Assembly: GCA_963663165.1 (NCBI GenBank)
Contig: OY760175.1
Span: 4,832,001 to 4,896,000, forward strand
Reading direction: 5' to 3'
DNA length: 64,000 bases
From: an uncultured Desulfospira sp.
Lineage (GTDB): Bacteria > Desulfobacterota > Desulfobacteria > Desulfobacterales > Desulfobacteraceae
The notes under the pieces were generated by a model. The model searched no databases, was not told the DNA's origin, and worked only from the letters and a program-made list of their open reading frames with translations. Shown here in pieces: positions 26,279-35,731 of this stretch. A program made the translations under genes and the position numbers. Every line of letters starts with the position of its first letter. The stretch's first letter is position 1.

Positions 26279-27367
26279 TTAAGCCGCTTTCTTCCTCATG
26301 GCAAACCCGATAAAAAGGCAGACGGCAAAGCCGACGATCACAGCGGCAATGCCGTGGGGGCCGACACCCTTGGGAGAGCTTGCCAGGCCGAAGTTATGGG
26401 CAAAGCCGGCACCGACAATCATGCCAAGGACAAATACGGCGGCATCGGAATCCCCTTCGCCTGACAGAAACAGCTGGCGGCCGGGGCATCCGCCGGCCAG
26501 GGCAAAGGCAAGCCCGGCCAGGGCCATGCCAAGGAAGTTCCACAGATGAACCGTGTGGGCCACGGGCTGGCCGGTCAATCCCGGATTAAACTGTCCTAAG
26601 ATTACATTGGCCCCAAGGGCGCAGATCAGAAGGGCCACAACACCTGACAGCAGGTGGATCTGGCCGAACAGGATCAGGTCCCGCAAGGCCCCCATGGTGC
26701 AGAACCGGCTGCGCTGGGCTATAAATCCGATAAACAGCCCCACCACAAGAGAAATAATCAGCGGGGCGTGCATAAACCCGGGCCCCTTAAGGCTGTAAAA
26801 GAGAATTCCGCTTTTATCCTGGCCTTCAACCTGGGGAAAGATCAGCATCAGGACCAGAAACCCCAGCATGATGATGGGGAACAGCCATCCGGCCCCGGCA
26901 TGGGTGGCCTGGGTCCGGCCCAGGTTATACCCGTTTTTCAAAAACATGATCCCGATCCAGATCCCGGCAGCCAGACCCAAAAGTCCTGTAACGGCATTGA
27001 GGTCACCACCGGCAAGACGAAGCAGGGCCCGCCAGGGGCAGCCCAGGAAAACCAGGGCGCCGATCATGGCAAATACCCCTAAAACAAACCGGACCAGGGG
27101 GGCAGAGCCGCACCGGGGCTTAAATTCTTTAAACGCATAGGCCGCCCCGAATGAGCCTAGAACAAACCCGATGATTTCCGGTCTCATATACTGGACCACC
27201 CCTGCCCGGTGAAACCCCAACGCCCCGGCAATGTCCCTTTCAAAGCAGGCCACGCAGATCCCCATGTTCCCGGGATTACCCAATTTTTGTAGTACAGCTG
27301 CAAGGATACCGATAACAGCGCCGACACAAATAATTCCCCAACGGGTGGAAAAAAAGTTTTTCGCCAT
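26279..27367 (-). CDS. yedE: YedE family putative selenium transporter
   Basis: GNPGNMGICVACFERD, FLGCPWR, RSRFCTMG, GGCPGRQ; divergent from selD. Confidence 0.9.
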   Translation of the reverse strand: MAKNFFSTRWGIICVGAVIGILAAVLQKLGNPGNMGICVACFERDIAGALGFHRAGVVQYMRPEIIGFVLGSFGAAYAFKEFKPRCGSAPLVRFVLGVFAMIGALVFLGCPWRALLRLAGGDLNAVTGLLGLAAGIWIGIMFLKNGYNLGRTQATHAGAGWLFPIIMLGFLVLMLIFPQVEGQDKSGILFYSLKGPGFMHAPLIISLVVGLFIGFIAQRSRFCTMGALRDLILFGQIHLLSGVVALLICALGANVILGQFNPGLTGQPVAHTVHLWNFLGMALAGLAFALAGGCPGRQLFLSGEGDSDAAVFVLGMIVGAGFAHNFGLASSPKGVGPHGIAAVIVGFAVCLFIGFAMRKKAA

Positions 27368-27695
27368 AAAATTTCAACCTCCTTGATTTTGAATAAAGCT
27401 GTTGGCTGACAATCAGCAGCTTCAAATAGTTTTGTTGGGCAGGCCTAATGCAAACCCGTCCAGCCGGCCCGTGATTGTGATATAAAGTTAAAGGCGATTA
27501 TTGGATATCGCCTAAAGCAAATTTCCCTCAACCTGTCTTAATGTCACGCATGTTTTTTGAAATCCAATTGATAATTAAAATATCGATCCAAAACGGCATT
27601 TAAAATTTCCATAAACTATTTTGTCCCTTGAAAACCCAGCCCCTTAAGACCATAATCAAAAAAACTCATAACCATTTTCCCCCAGGAGAAACCCA

Positions 27696-28760
27696 ATGGA
27701 AAAAGACAAACCGCAAAATGACGCGCCTGTAAAACTGACCCATAATGTCAAGGGTGCGGGTTGAGCTTCTAAACTGCCGCCGGGGGACCTGGCAAGGGCA
27801 TTGTGCGGGCTTGAAATCCCCACGAACGATAAGGTGATCATCGGCTTGAAAACCGCGGACGACGCAGGGGTTTATAAGGTTTCAGAGGATCTGGCACTGA
27901 TCCAGACCGTAGATTTTTTTACCCCAATTGTGGATGATCCCTTTGAATTCGGGCAGATTGCTGCGGCCAATGCCCTGTCTGACGTGTATGCCATGGGCGG
28001 CGTCCCCAAAACCGCCATGAACCTGGTGGCGTATCCCTTAAAAAAAATGGGGGGAGCGGTTTTAAGGGAAATCCTGTCCGGGGGGATCGAAAAGCTCAAA
28101 GAGGCCCAAACCGTTCTGGTGGGCGGCCACAGCATCGAAGATGATGAACTCAAATACGGCCTGTCGGTCACGGGATTCGTCCATCCCCAAAAGATACTGG
28201 CCAATCAGGGGCTTCGGCCCGGAGACTGTTTGATTCTGACCAAGCCCCTTGGCACGGGCATTCTCAACACGGCCATCAAAGGGGGACTGGCTTCTGAACG
28301 GGCTGCCCGGACCGCCGTGGCCCTTATGGCCATGTTAAATAAAGGTGCGGCCGAAGTGATGCTGGACTTTCCGGTTTCAGCCTGCACCGACGTTACCGGA
28401 TTCGGTCTTCTGGGCCATCTGGCTGAAATGGTTGACGGCACCGGCCTTGAAGTCACCGTGGACAGCAGTCTGGTCCCTGTGCTGGAGGATGTAGTAGGCT
28501 TTGCCTCCATGGGCCTGGTTCCGGCAGGCGCCCACAACAACCGGCTGTTCAGGGAGCATATGGTTGCCCTGGACCCTGCTGTCAGTCCCGTGACAAGGGA
28601 TATTTTATTTGATCCCCAGACCTCAGGGGGCCTTTTGATCGGTTGTCCGGAAGACCAGATCATGGCGCTTAAAACACGGCTGGTTAACAAGGGGATTGAA
28701 TATGCCACCGTCATCGGTCAGGTAGAAAAGGCGGATTTTTCTGGAATACGGGTGGTGTAG
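27696..28760 (+). CDS. selD: Selenide, water dikinase SelD, selenocysteine-containing (in-frame TGA at 27762-27764)
   Basis: AGGAG RBS, ATG 27696, then KLTHNVKGAG-TGA-ASKLPPGDL in frame with DDAGVY, QTVDFFTP, ANALSDVYAMGG, DPQTSGGLL. Confidence 0.95.
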
Positions 28761-28763
28761 CCT

Positions 28764-28853
28764 GGAAACCGGAAGACCGGAAACGGAAGACCGGATCGTG
28801 CATCCTTAGGCGTTTTCATTTCGGTCTGCGGCCTCCTTTTCTCCGGGTTTTCC
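28764..28853. repeat. Inverted array of GGAAACC/GGAAGACC repeats
   Basis: GGAAACC GGAAGACC GGAAAC GGAAGACC ... CGGTCTGCGG, CTCCGGGTTTTCC; related arrays at 38752 and 50699. Confidence 0.65.
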
Positions 28854-29200
28854 TTCATTTTATTACTCTCCCTTTTAATTAACCCTAAAATTTAAATTGC
28901 CTTGCCGGGGACTGAAGCCTCATTCAGACTGTTTAAGGCATAAACAGTTTGTATACGGTTGTCTTGATCCTATATGGGGGTTCCATTTTTCCCATTGGGT
29001 TTCAGGTCAATTGTGAGTTTTTTTTGTGGATTCTGGTTAATTCCTTGACAATGTGGAAGTTTTTATCATAATTTTAGCGAAATTATAGTACCTAATAAGG
29101 CAGTGTGCTATAAAAAGGAAAGAACTGGATAGAAAAAAAATAAATTTTTTTACCATGGGTGGATAGCACCTAAACACAAGTGAGCAATTTTGAGGACACC

Positions 29201-30199
29201 ATGAAAATACTTAATCTGTTGACCATTGCCGCCATACTGGCCTGGGGTTTATCCGGCGCGGTATGTTTTGCGGACGCCACCATAACCATTGGAACCGGAG
29301 AGGAAATCGGCGTTTACTATCAGGTGGGCAAGGCCATCTCTGAGACCGTTAATTCCCTTCCTGACTCGTATATCCGCAGTCAGGTCAAAACCACTACCGG
29401 CTCAGTTTACAACATCAAATCCGTAATGGGCGGATTTGCCGACCTGGCCATCGCCCAGTCAGACCGGCAATATCAGGCCTGCAAAGGACTGGCAGAATGG
29501 AAATCCCTTGGGCCGCAAAAAAAACTGCGTTCTATTTTTTCCCTCCATTCTGAGGCCATCACCCTGGTGGCTGCTGATCAAAGCGGAATCCAGTCAATAG
29601 ACGGCCTGACAGGAAAAGTGATTAACATCGGCAAATCAGGTTCCGGGCAGATTAAAAATTCCAATGAAGTCCTGCAGGCCTTCGGCATCCCGGCCAACAG
29701 CATAACCATTAAGAATTCAAACTCAAAAAGATACCAGCAAATGATGGAAGCCCATGATATTGACGCCTTTTTCTATACCATCGGGCATCCGAGCAGCTTA
29801 ATTGATCAGATATCAAAGAAGTGCAAGGTTTCCATCATCCCTTTAACCGGCCCGGCCGCAGATACCCTGATCAGCCAGTACCCTTACTATGCCAAAACCC
29901 TTATTCCCAAAAAGCTGTACCCCCATATTCTGAATCAGGGCGATATTGAAACCGTTGGGGTGAAAGCGACCCTGGTGACCTCTACAGCGCTGACCGAAGC
30001 CACGGTGTATACCATTACCAAGGCCATTTTTACCAACCTGAACAAATTCAGGAAACACCATGCAGCGCTTTACCGTCTAACCCCTGAATCCATGTTAAAA
30101 GGGCTGTCGGCTCCGATTCATCCCGGGGCGTTAAAGTATTACCGTGAAGCGGGCCTTGATAACCTTGTTGACCCGAGTCTGATCGGAAACGATATTTAA
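29201..30199 (+). CDS. TAXI family TRAP transporter solute-binding subunit
   Basis: IGTG..GVYYQVG, TTGSVYNI, AIAQSD, PIHPGALKYYRE. Confidence 0.92.
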   Translation: MKILNLLTIAAILAWGLSGAVCFADATITIGTGEEIGVYYQVGKAISETVNSLPDSYIRSQVKTTTGSVYNIKSVMGGFADLAIAQSDRQYQACKGLAEWKSLGPQKKLRSIFSLHSEAITLVAADQSGIQSIDGLTGKVINIGKSGSGQIKNSNEVLQAFGIPANSITIKNSNSKRYQQMMEAHDIDAFFYTIGHPSSLIDQISKKCKVSIIPLTGPAADTLISQYPYYAKTLIPKKLYPHILNQGDIETVGVKATLVTSTALTEATVYTITKAIFTNLNKFRKHHAALYRLTPESMLKGLSAPIHPGALKYYREAGLDNLVDPSLIGNDI

Positions 30200-30291
30200 T
30201 CCTGTTCCTGTTCTTGTTGCGCCGACACCTGCTTGCTCCTCCTGCTTTTGCGCGCTTATTCCTGCTCCTGGGCTCACTGTTGAACCTGCGC

Positions 30292-31071
30292 TTACTTTTG
30301 ATCCTGATTCTGCGCCTGATGCCAGTTGACCACATCCTGATAAGGGATGTTTCCCCCGAAGATGTCCAGGGCAGAACCGATGGTCAGGTCAACCCGGTTC
30401 TGCCCCAGCTTTTTTACCCTGTCAAGGTCTGAGAATTTCCCTGCGCCGCCGGCATAGGTTACCGGAATAGGGGAATGCTGGCCTAAAAGTGTTACCAGAT
30501 CTTCCTGGATCCCCTGCATTTTTCCTTCAACGTCCACCCCGTGAACCAGGAATTCATCGCAGAATCCGGAAAGTTCTTTGATGGTTTCCGGTTCCAGGGC
30601 AACATCGGTAAACTTCTGCCACCGGTCCGTCACAATCCAGAAGCGCCCCTGTTTTTTCCGGCAGCTCAAATCCAGTACCAGGTGCTGTTTACCAACGTGT
30701 TGAACCAGGGTTTCAAGTTTGCCGGCATCCATCGTTCCATCTGAAAACACATAAGAGGTGACAATCACGTGAGAGGCCCCGGCTTCAAGGAACTGGTCTG
30801 CATTTTCCGGCGTGATGCCGCCGCCGGCCTGAAGCCCGCCGGGAAAGGCGTTGAGGGCTGCAAGGGCGGCTTCGGTGTTGCCCGGGCCAAGGCAGATCAC
30901 ATGACCGCCGGAAAGCCTGTCCTTCTGGTACAGCCTTGCAAACCAGTCTGAAGACCGTGCCGATTCATAATTGGTGGTGACGGTCTGGCCCTGGTCTGAA
31001 TCCGCAAGGGTTGAGCCCACCACCTGAACCACTTTGCCGTTGCGAAGGTCAATGCAGGGTCTGAATTTCAT
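30292..31071 (-). CDS. hisA: ProFAR isomerase HisA (His6/eukaryote-like subtype)
   Basis: [57 protein letters not shown]. Confidence 0.9.
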   Translation of the reverse strand: MKFRPCIDLRNGKVVQVVGSTLADSDQGQTVTTNYESARSSDWFARLYQKDRLSGGHVICLGPGNTEAALAALNAFPGGLQAGGGITPENADQFLEAGASHVIVTSYVFSDGTMDAGKLETLVQHVGKQHLVLDLSCRKKQGRFWIVTDRWQKFTDVALEPETIKELSGFCDEFLVHGVDVEGKMQGIQEDLVTLLGQHSPIPVTYAGGAGKFSDLDRVKKLGQNRVDLTIGSALDIFGGNIPYQDVVNWHQAQNQDQK

Positions 31072-31231
31072 ATGTCAAGTTCCTTTATTATCTGTAATCC
31101 TTTTATGGCAAAGGAGAATACGCGAGCTTAAACAAAGGTGCAACGTTAAAGGGGAAATAATTTATCCCCTTGAAACCATGATGCACATGAATTACTTTTA
31201 ACGGTACTTGCGTTGGCATGTAATCATTATA

Positions 31232-31383
31232 GTAACTGTTCAGCAGTGCCCCATCTTCGCTCATTCAGGCCTTCTCACATAGCAAAAGTATGCTACGAAG
31301 TCCTGACTAAACAAATATGAAGCACTGATGAACAGTTACGGACCCTGATTTTGCTTAGTTTTCAGCATTAGCTGAATAGTTAC
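31232..31383. mobile_element. 152-bp MITE, copy 1
   Basis: TIR GTAACTGTTCAGC/GCTGAATAGTTAC; 8-bp direct repeat TCATTATA at 31224-31231 and 31384-31391. Confidence 0.9.
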
Positions 31384-31413
31384 TCATTATATTAATATAC
31401 TGTGGGAGTGACC

Positions 31414-32112
31414 ATGTTTACAGAAACCGTTACCTTTCCGGCAGCCTTTGCCGCAGGCCTGCTCTCTTTTCTTTCTCCCTGTGTCCTGCCCCTGATTCCG
31501 GCATATTTTTCCTTTATCACAGGGCTTTCCCTGGAGGAACTCACGGCCGACAGAAAGGAAATCCGGCAAAAGGTCATTGCGTCCACCCTGGCATATGTGG
31601 CTGGGTTTTCATTTATTTTTATCCTGTTCGGGGCCTCGGCCTCGTTCCTGGGATCTCTGGTGTCCCAATATTCCTGGCTGGTCCGGTATGTGGGCGGCGG
31701 TGTTATTTTAATATTCGGTCTTCATCTTCTGGGCCTTATCAACATCAAGGCCTTTCAGTTTGAAAAACGGGTCCATTTAAAGCAAAAGCCCCTGCACCTG
31801 TTTGGCACCTTTGTTATCGGCATGGCGTTTGGGGCAGGGTGGAGCCCTTGTATCGGCCCTATGCTGGGAAGCATCCTCATTGTGGCCGGAAACCAGGAAA
31901 CCGTTCTTAAGGGGGTCTGGCTTTTAGCGGTCTACTCGGCCGGCATGGCCCTTCCCTTTATCCTGATTTCATTTTTTATTAACTCCATGCTGGGTTTCAT
32001 GAAAAAGGCCAGCCGGATGATCGGGATTATCAACAAAGTCGCCGGGAGCCTGCTCATTGTCATTGGCCTGCTTTTGATTCTTGACAAGTTCCGGCTTCTG
32101 GCCCTGGCATGA
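31414..32112 (+). CDS. ccdA: Cytochrome c biogenesis protein CcdA
   Basis: GLLSFLSPCVLPLIP, GWSPCIGPML. Confidence 0.92.
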   Translation: MFTETVTFPAAFAAGLLSFLSPCVLPLIPAYFSFITGLSLEELTADRKEIRQKVIASTLAYVAGFSFIFILFGASASFLGSLVSQYSWLVRYVGGGVILIFGLHLLGLINIKAFQFEKRVHLKQKPLHLFGTFVIGMAFGAGWSPCIGPMLGSILIVAGNQETVLKGVWLLAVYSAGMALPFILISFFINSMLGFMKKASRMIGIINKVAGSLLIVIGLLLILDKFRLLALA

Positions 32113-32143
32113 AGCGGTTGGCTAACAGCTAAAGACAACAGAC

Positions 32144-33331
32144 ATGCCCCAGAACTCCAACCGGCTTTACACCTTTATCGGCCTTGCCACCTTTGCCAAA
32201 CTGCTGCTCAACATCACCAGGAGACTGGTCTACCCCTTTGCCCCTGAATTTGCCCGGGGGGCCGGGGTCGGCCTATCCGCCATTACCCCCATTATTGCCC
32301 TGAACCAGGCCACGGCTGTTCTCGGTCCCATTGGGGCTTCGGCTGCCGATAAATACGGGAATAAACCTGTCATGCTGACGGCCTTGGCTGCTTTGGCCCT
32401 GGGCACCTTGCTGGCCGGTACTTGTCCCGTTTATGCGGCCCTGGCCCTGGGGCTTTTTTTGTCAGGCCTGGCCAAAAGCCTGTTTGACCCCAGCCTCCAG
32501 TCTTTTATCGGCAGTTCGGTTCCCTATAACCGGCGGGGGCGGTTTATCGGCATCACGGAAACCTCCTGGGCCGGATCCACCCTGGTGGGAATTCCCCTTG
32601 CCGGCCTGATCATTACCCGGTTTTCCTGGCAGACCCCTTTTATCCTGGTATCGGTTTTATCCTGTATCTGTTTTTTAGGTATCCTCAGGATCATGCCAAA
32701 AGCCAAAAGAAGCGCCCCAACAAAGGCCCGGGCTTCCTTTGCAGCCAACTGGCGGCAGATCCTCAAAACCCCTGCGGTTCCCGGCACCCTTGGTTTTGCC
32801 TTTTTTGTTTCTCTGAGCAGCGATAATTTGTTTGTGGTATACGGGGCCTGGCTGGAGCAGTCCTATGACCTGTCCCTGGCTGCCATCGGCATGGGCACGG
32901 TCATGATCGGGATCGCTGAAATTCTGGGTGAAAGCCTTACAGCCCTGGCATCTGACCGGCTGGGCCTTAAAAAGTCGGTTTTCCTGGGGGGCATCTGCTG
33001 CTGCCTTGCCTATCTGCTGCTGCCGTTGCTGGACAGGGGGGTGGGACCGGTTCTGGCCGGCCTGTTCCTGGTCTTTCTTTTTTTTGAATTCACCTTTGTG
33101 ACCTCCATGGGCCTGGCCACGGAACTGGTTCCGGAGCTGCGGACATCGGCATTGTCCGCCTTTTACGCCATGGCCGGCATGGGCCGGGTGGCCGGGGCAT
33201 TTATTGGGGGATTTGCCTGGTCCCATTCCGGTATTTTAACCATCAGCATTGTCTCCGGTGCCGGCATCCTGGCCGGTCTGGCCTGCCTGATGGGGGCCGG
33301 CCGGCTTTCCTTTGGGGCCAAAGGGAATTAA
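32144..33331 (+). CDS. MFS transporter
   Basis: About 12 TM segments; ADKYGNK and SDRLGLK loops; RRGRFIG. Confidence 0.85.
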   Translation: MPQNSNRLYTFIGLATFAKLLLNITRRLVYPFAPEFARGAGVGLSAITPIIALNQATAVLGPIGASAADKYGNKPVMLTALAALALGTLLAGTCPVYAALALGLFLSGLAKSLFDPSLQSFIGSSVPYNRRGRFIGITETSWAGSTLVGIPLAGLIITRFSWQTPFILVSVLSCICFLGILRIMPKAKRSAPTKARASFAANWRQILKTPAVPGTLGFAFFVSLSSDNLFVVYGAWLEQSYDLSLAAIGMGTVMIGIAEILGESLTALASDRLGLKKSVFLGGICCCLAYLLLPLLDRGVGPVLAGLFLVFLFFEFTFVTSMGLATELVPELRTSALSAFYAMAGMGRVAGAFIGGFAWSHSGILTISIVSGAGILAGLACLMGAGRLSFGAKGN

Positions 33332-33476
33332 AAGTTATAAGCTATTACATTTTTTTCATAATATAGAACATTTTTTTCATAGTTTCTTCCCAAATAAAAT
33401 TTTCGAATCCGGTTCGGGCATCATGAAACACTTGAATTATGGGGTTTTTAAATATTTTAAGTGTTCGTGCCTGTAA

Positions 33477-33492
33477 TGGAGCGCTTTTTGCA
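33477..33492 (+). promoter_or_regulatory. Probable sigma54 promoter
   Basis: TGGAGCGCTTTTTGCA (GG-N10-GC); upstream inverted repeat AACACTT..AAGTGTT. Confidence 0.5.
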
Positions 33493-33575
33493 AAACATCA
33501 ACTATTGAACTATAACCATAATTCCAGGGCAGTCCTTTCGGACGCTTCGGAATTGAACCAAGGGGAGAATCCCAC

Positions 33576-35375
33576 ATGAAAAAACAGGTTTCATTCATCT
33601 TTATCCTATCGGCATCTTTTTGTATGGCGGCTTTATATCCGCTGGCCCGGGGCGCTCATGCCATGACCCCGGAAGAATGCTACCAGGGGGTGTTGGCAGA
33701 TTGCGGTATCAGCAATCCTTTAGATGATGAAAATGATTGCTTTGAAGCAAAGTACAATGCGTGTATAAACCTGTACTGTGAGGATGAATGTTATACTGAA
33801 TATAATCAGTGTCACGCAACCTGTTTTAATGCATGCAGTGCGTCTTTTTATACAGGTCAGTGTGCCGATGAATGTGCCAATGGCTATGGCTCTACGGAAT
33901 GCCAGTCTTGTGTCCAAACAGAAAGTGATGCGTGCATGGCCAATGACCCTGGCTGCTGTCTGCGGGCGGAAACTGAATGCCACGAAAATTGCCCTGCAGA
34001 TGAGACATGCACCACGCAATGCGCTGCGAATATGGACCTTGACGGAGACGGTGCCAGCGACGATAGTGACCTGTGTTTCTGGGTCTATAGCAATGAACCT
34101 TACTATGATACAGACGGGGATGGTGTTGGGGATGCCTGTGACCCTGACATTGATGACGACGGCTATCCAAACGATGAGGACAACTGTCCCTTTGTGTTCA
34201 ATCAACCCGGGGATAATACGGATGAAGATGGAGATGGAATATTAGACACCTGTGACCTGACAGACATCCGGATCGGCCCGGATGGCTATACCCCCCTGAC
34301 ACCCGTCATCACCTCCGGACCTGAACTGGCCATGCCGGAAACCGATTCACCAAGCGCCATAATTGATCCGGAAATCAAAACATATACGGCCTGGGCATTT
34401 GACATCAGCAGCGAAGATACCGAAAGGATCGTGGGGCTTTACACCCCTGAAACAGCAAATGACACCCATCAACGCGGGTTTATATGGGGAGACGGTCCAG
34501 CCACAAATGACGCAGTAAACATTGACATATCACAAACCGGTGCTGAAGACACGGTGCTGTGGGGGATTTATAACGCTTCAAATTACGTGGGCCAATACAG
34601 CCTGAACGATATCACCCAATCCATATGGATCCAGCGGAATGAGGGTACCGGCACCTATACCTACCGTTTAATCAATCCGGTTTTCCAGGATATTGCGGTT
34701 TCTTACAGCAGCGCCTGGGATTATGCCCTGGCCGGCGGGATGCCAAGCATTGTAGGCCGGTACGCAGATTCATATGGGGACAGCCACGGATATCTGTACC
34801 AGGACGGCACCTTTACCTCCATTGACGTGAAGGGTGCTGATGAAACAAACGGCTGCGGCATCAACGACCAGGGGAAAATTGTGGGGTATTACAAAGCCGA
34901 TGATACGTATCACGGATTCTTGTTGGAAGGCGCTGCCTTGGAATCCATCCACGTTCCGGGCATGGTCCATACCTGGGCATACCGCATCAACAACGCCGGC
35001 GATATCTGCGGGTTTTTTCTGGGCACCGATGGAATGAACCATGGATTTGTCTATTCCGCATCAGCAAAGACCTACCGGACCCTGGATATTGAAGGGGCCA
35101 AAGACACCTTTGTCCACGGGATCAATGATGCGGGCAAGCTGGTCGGGTACTACAGGGATGCCTCCGGCACCCATTCCTTTGCCGCCGCCCCCCTCTGCCG
35201 GGGGGACCTTGACGGGGACAACCATCTGGACGCCAATGACCTTTCCGCTTTTGCCCAGGCCTTCGGGCGTTCCGGCAATACCGGCCCGGGAGATATCAAT
35301 CCCTTTGACAACGATGTGGACGGTTCCGACCTGGCCGCATTTACCGCCTGCCTGGCCAACGGATGCCCCCTGTAA
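33576..35375 (+). CDS. Secreted protein: Cys-rich N-terminus, thrombospondin type-3 repeats, HAF-like repeats, dockerin-like C-terminus
   Basis: DTDGDGVGDACDPDIDDDG..DNCP; GINDQGKIVGYY, RINNAGDICG, GINDAGKLVGYY; GDLDGDNHLDANDL..DNDVDGSDL. Confidence 0.8.
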   Translation: MKKQVSFIFILSASFCMAALYPLARGAHAMTPEECYQGVLADCGISNPLDDENDCFEAKYNACINLYCEDECYTEYNQCHATCFNACSASFYTGQCADECANGYGSTECQSCVQTESDACMANDPGCCLRAETECHENCPADETCTTQCAANMDLDGDGASDDSDLCFWVYSNEPYYDTDGDGVGDACDPDIDDDGYPNDEDNCPFVFNQPGDNTDEDGDGILDTCDLTDIRIGPDGYTPLTPVITSGPELAMPETDSPSAIIDPEIKTYTAWAFDISSEDTERIVGLYTPETANDTHQRGFIWGDGPATNDAVNIDISQTGAEDTVLWGIYNASNYVGQYSLNDITQSIWIQRNEGTGTYTYRLINPVFQDIAVSYSSAWDYALAGGMPSIVGRYADSYGDSHGYLYQDGTFTSIDVKGADETNGCGINDQGKIVGYYKADDTYHGFLLEGAALESIHVPGMVHTWAYRINNAGDICGFFLGTDGMNHGFVYSASAKTYRTLDIEGAKDTFVHGINDAGKLVGYYRDASGTHSFAAAPLCRGDLDGDNHLDANDLSAFAQAFGRSGNTGPGDINPFDNDVDGSDLAAFTACLANGCPL

Positions 35376-35380
35376 ATCAC

Positions 35381-35412
35381 TGTTTGAACGGCTCGATAGC
35401 GCCGTTCAAACA
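35381..35412 (+). terminator. Hairpin directly after the stop codon
   Basis: TGTTTGAACGGC ... GCCGTTCAAACA, 12-bp stem. Confidence 0.55.
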
Positions 35413-35538
35413 CAGGTTTTCGGCCAGGCGCAAATTAAGCGTCCAAAGCCCATAAAATTGCAACCCTGACCCGTTTCTTCGAAGCTAAAACAATCAGAAC
35501 ATCCCCTTCCCGGGGTTGGTCCCCCATATTTCAGTGGA

Positions 35539-35595
35539 CAATAAAAAGTGTAAATGTTTTTTACATCCAGTAAAAAACATTTACACTTTTTATTG
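35539..35595. repeat. Perfect 26-bp AT-rich palindrome with 5-nt loop
   Basis: CAATAAAAAGTGTAAATGTTTTTTAC atcca GTAAAAAACATTTACACTTTTTATTG. Confidence 0.95.
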
Positions 35596-35731
35596 GGGTT
35601 GCGGTAAACTGACCAGAAGGAGAGGGGCTATAAACATGGGGTGTTGACCGTTAGGTGAACTTGATGGGCTAATGGTGCGAATATTGCTTGTCCTCTCTTT
35701 GGGCGATTTTTTTTATGGTTAAAGGAGGGCA

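Noticed and set aside
27801..28760. ORF-track start of selD at TTG 27801, or selD as a pseudogene
   Set aside because: The upstream in-frame ATG with RBS and a TGA exactly at the catalytic position fit selenocysteine readthrough better.
31232..31383. Integron attC site or ncRNA gene
   Set aside because: Although the ends read GTAAC..GTTAC, copy-specific 8-bp target duplications, no integrase and no cassette array favour a MITE.
33576..35375. Diversity-generating retroelement target
   Set aside because: No reverse transcriptase and no template/variable repeat pair was seen in the window.
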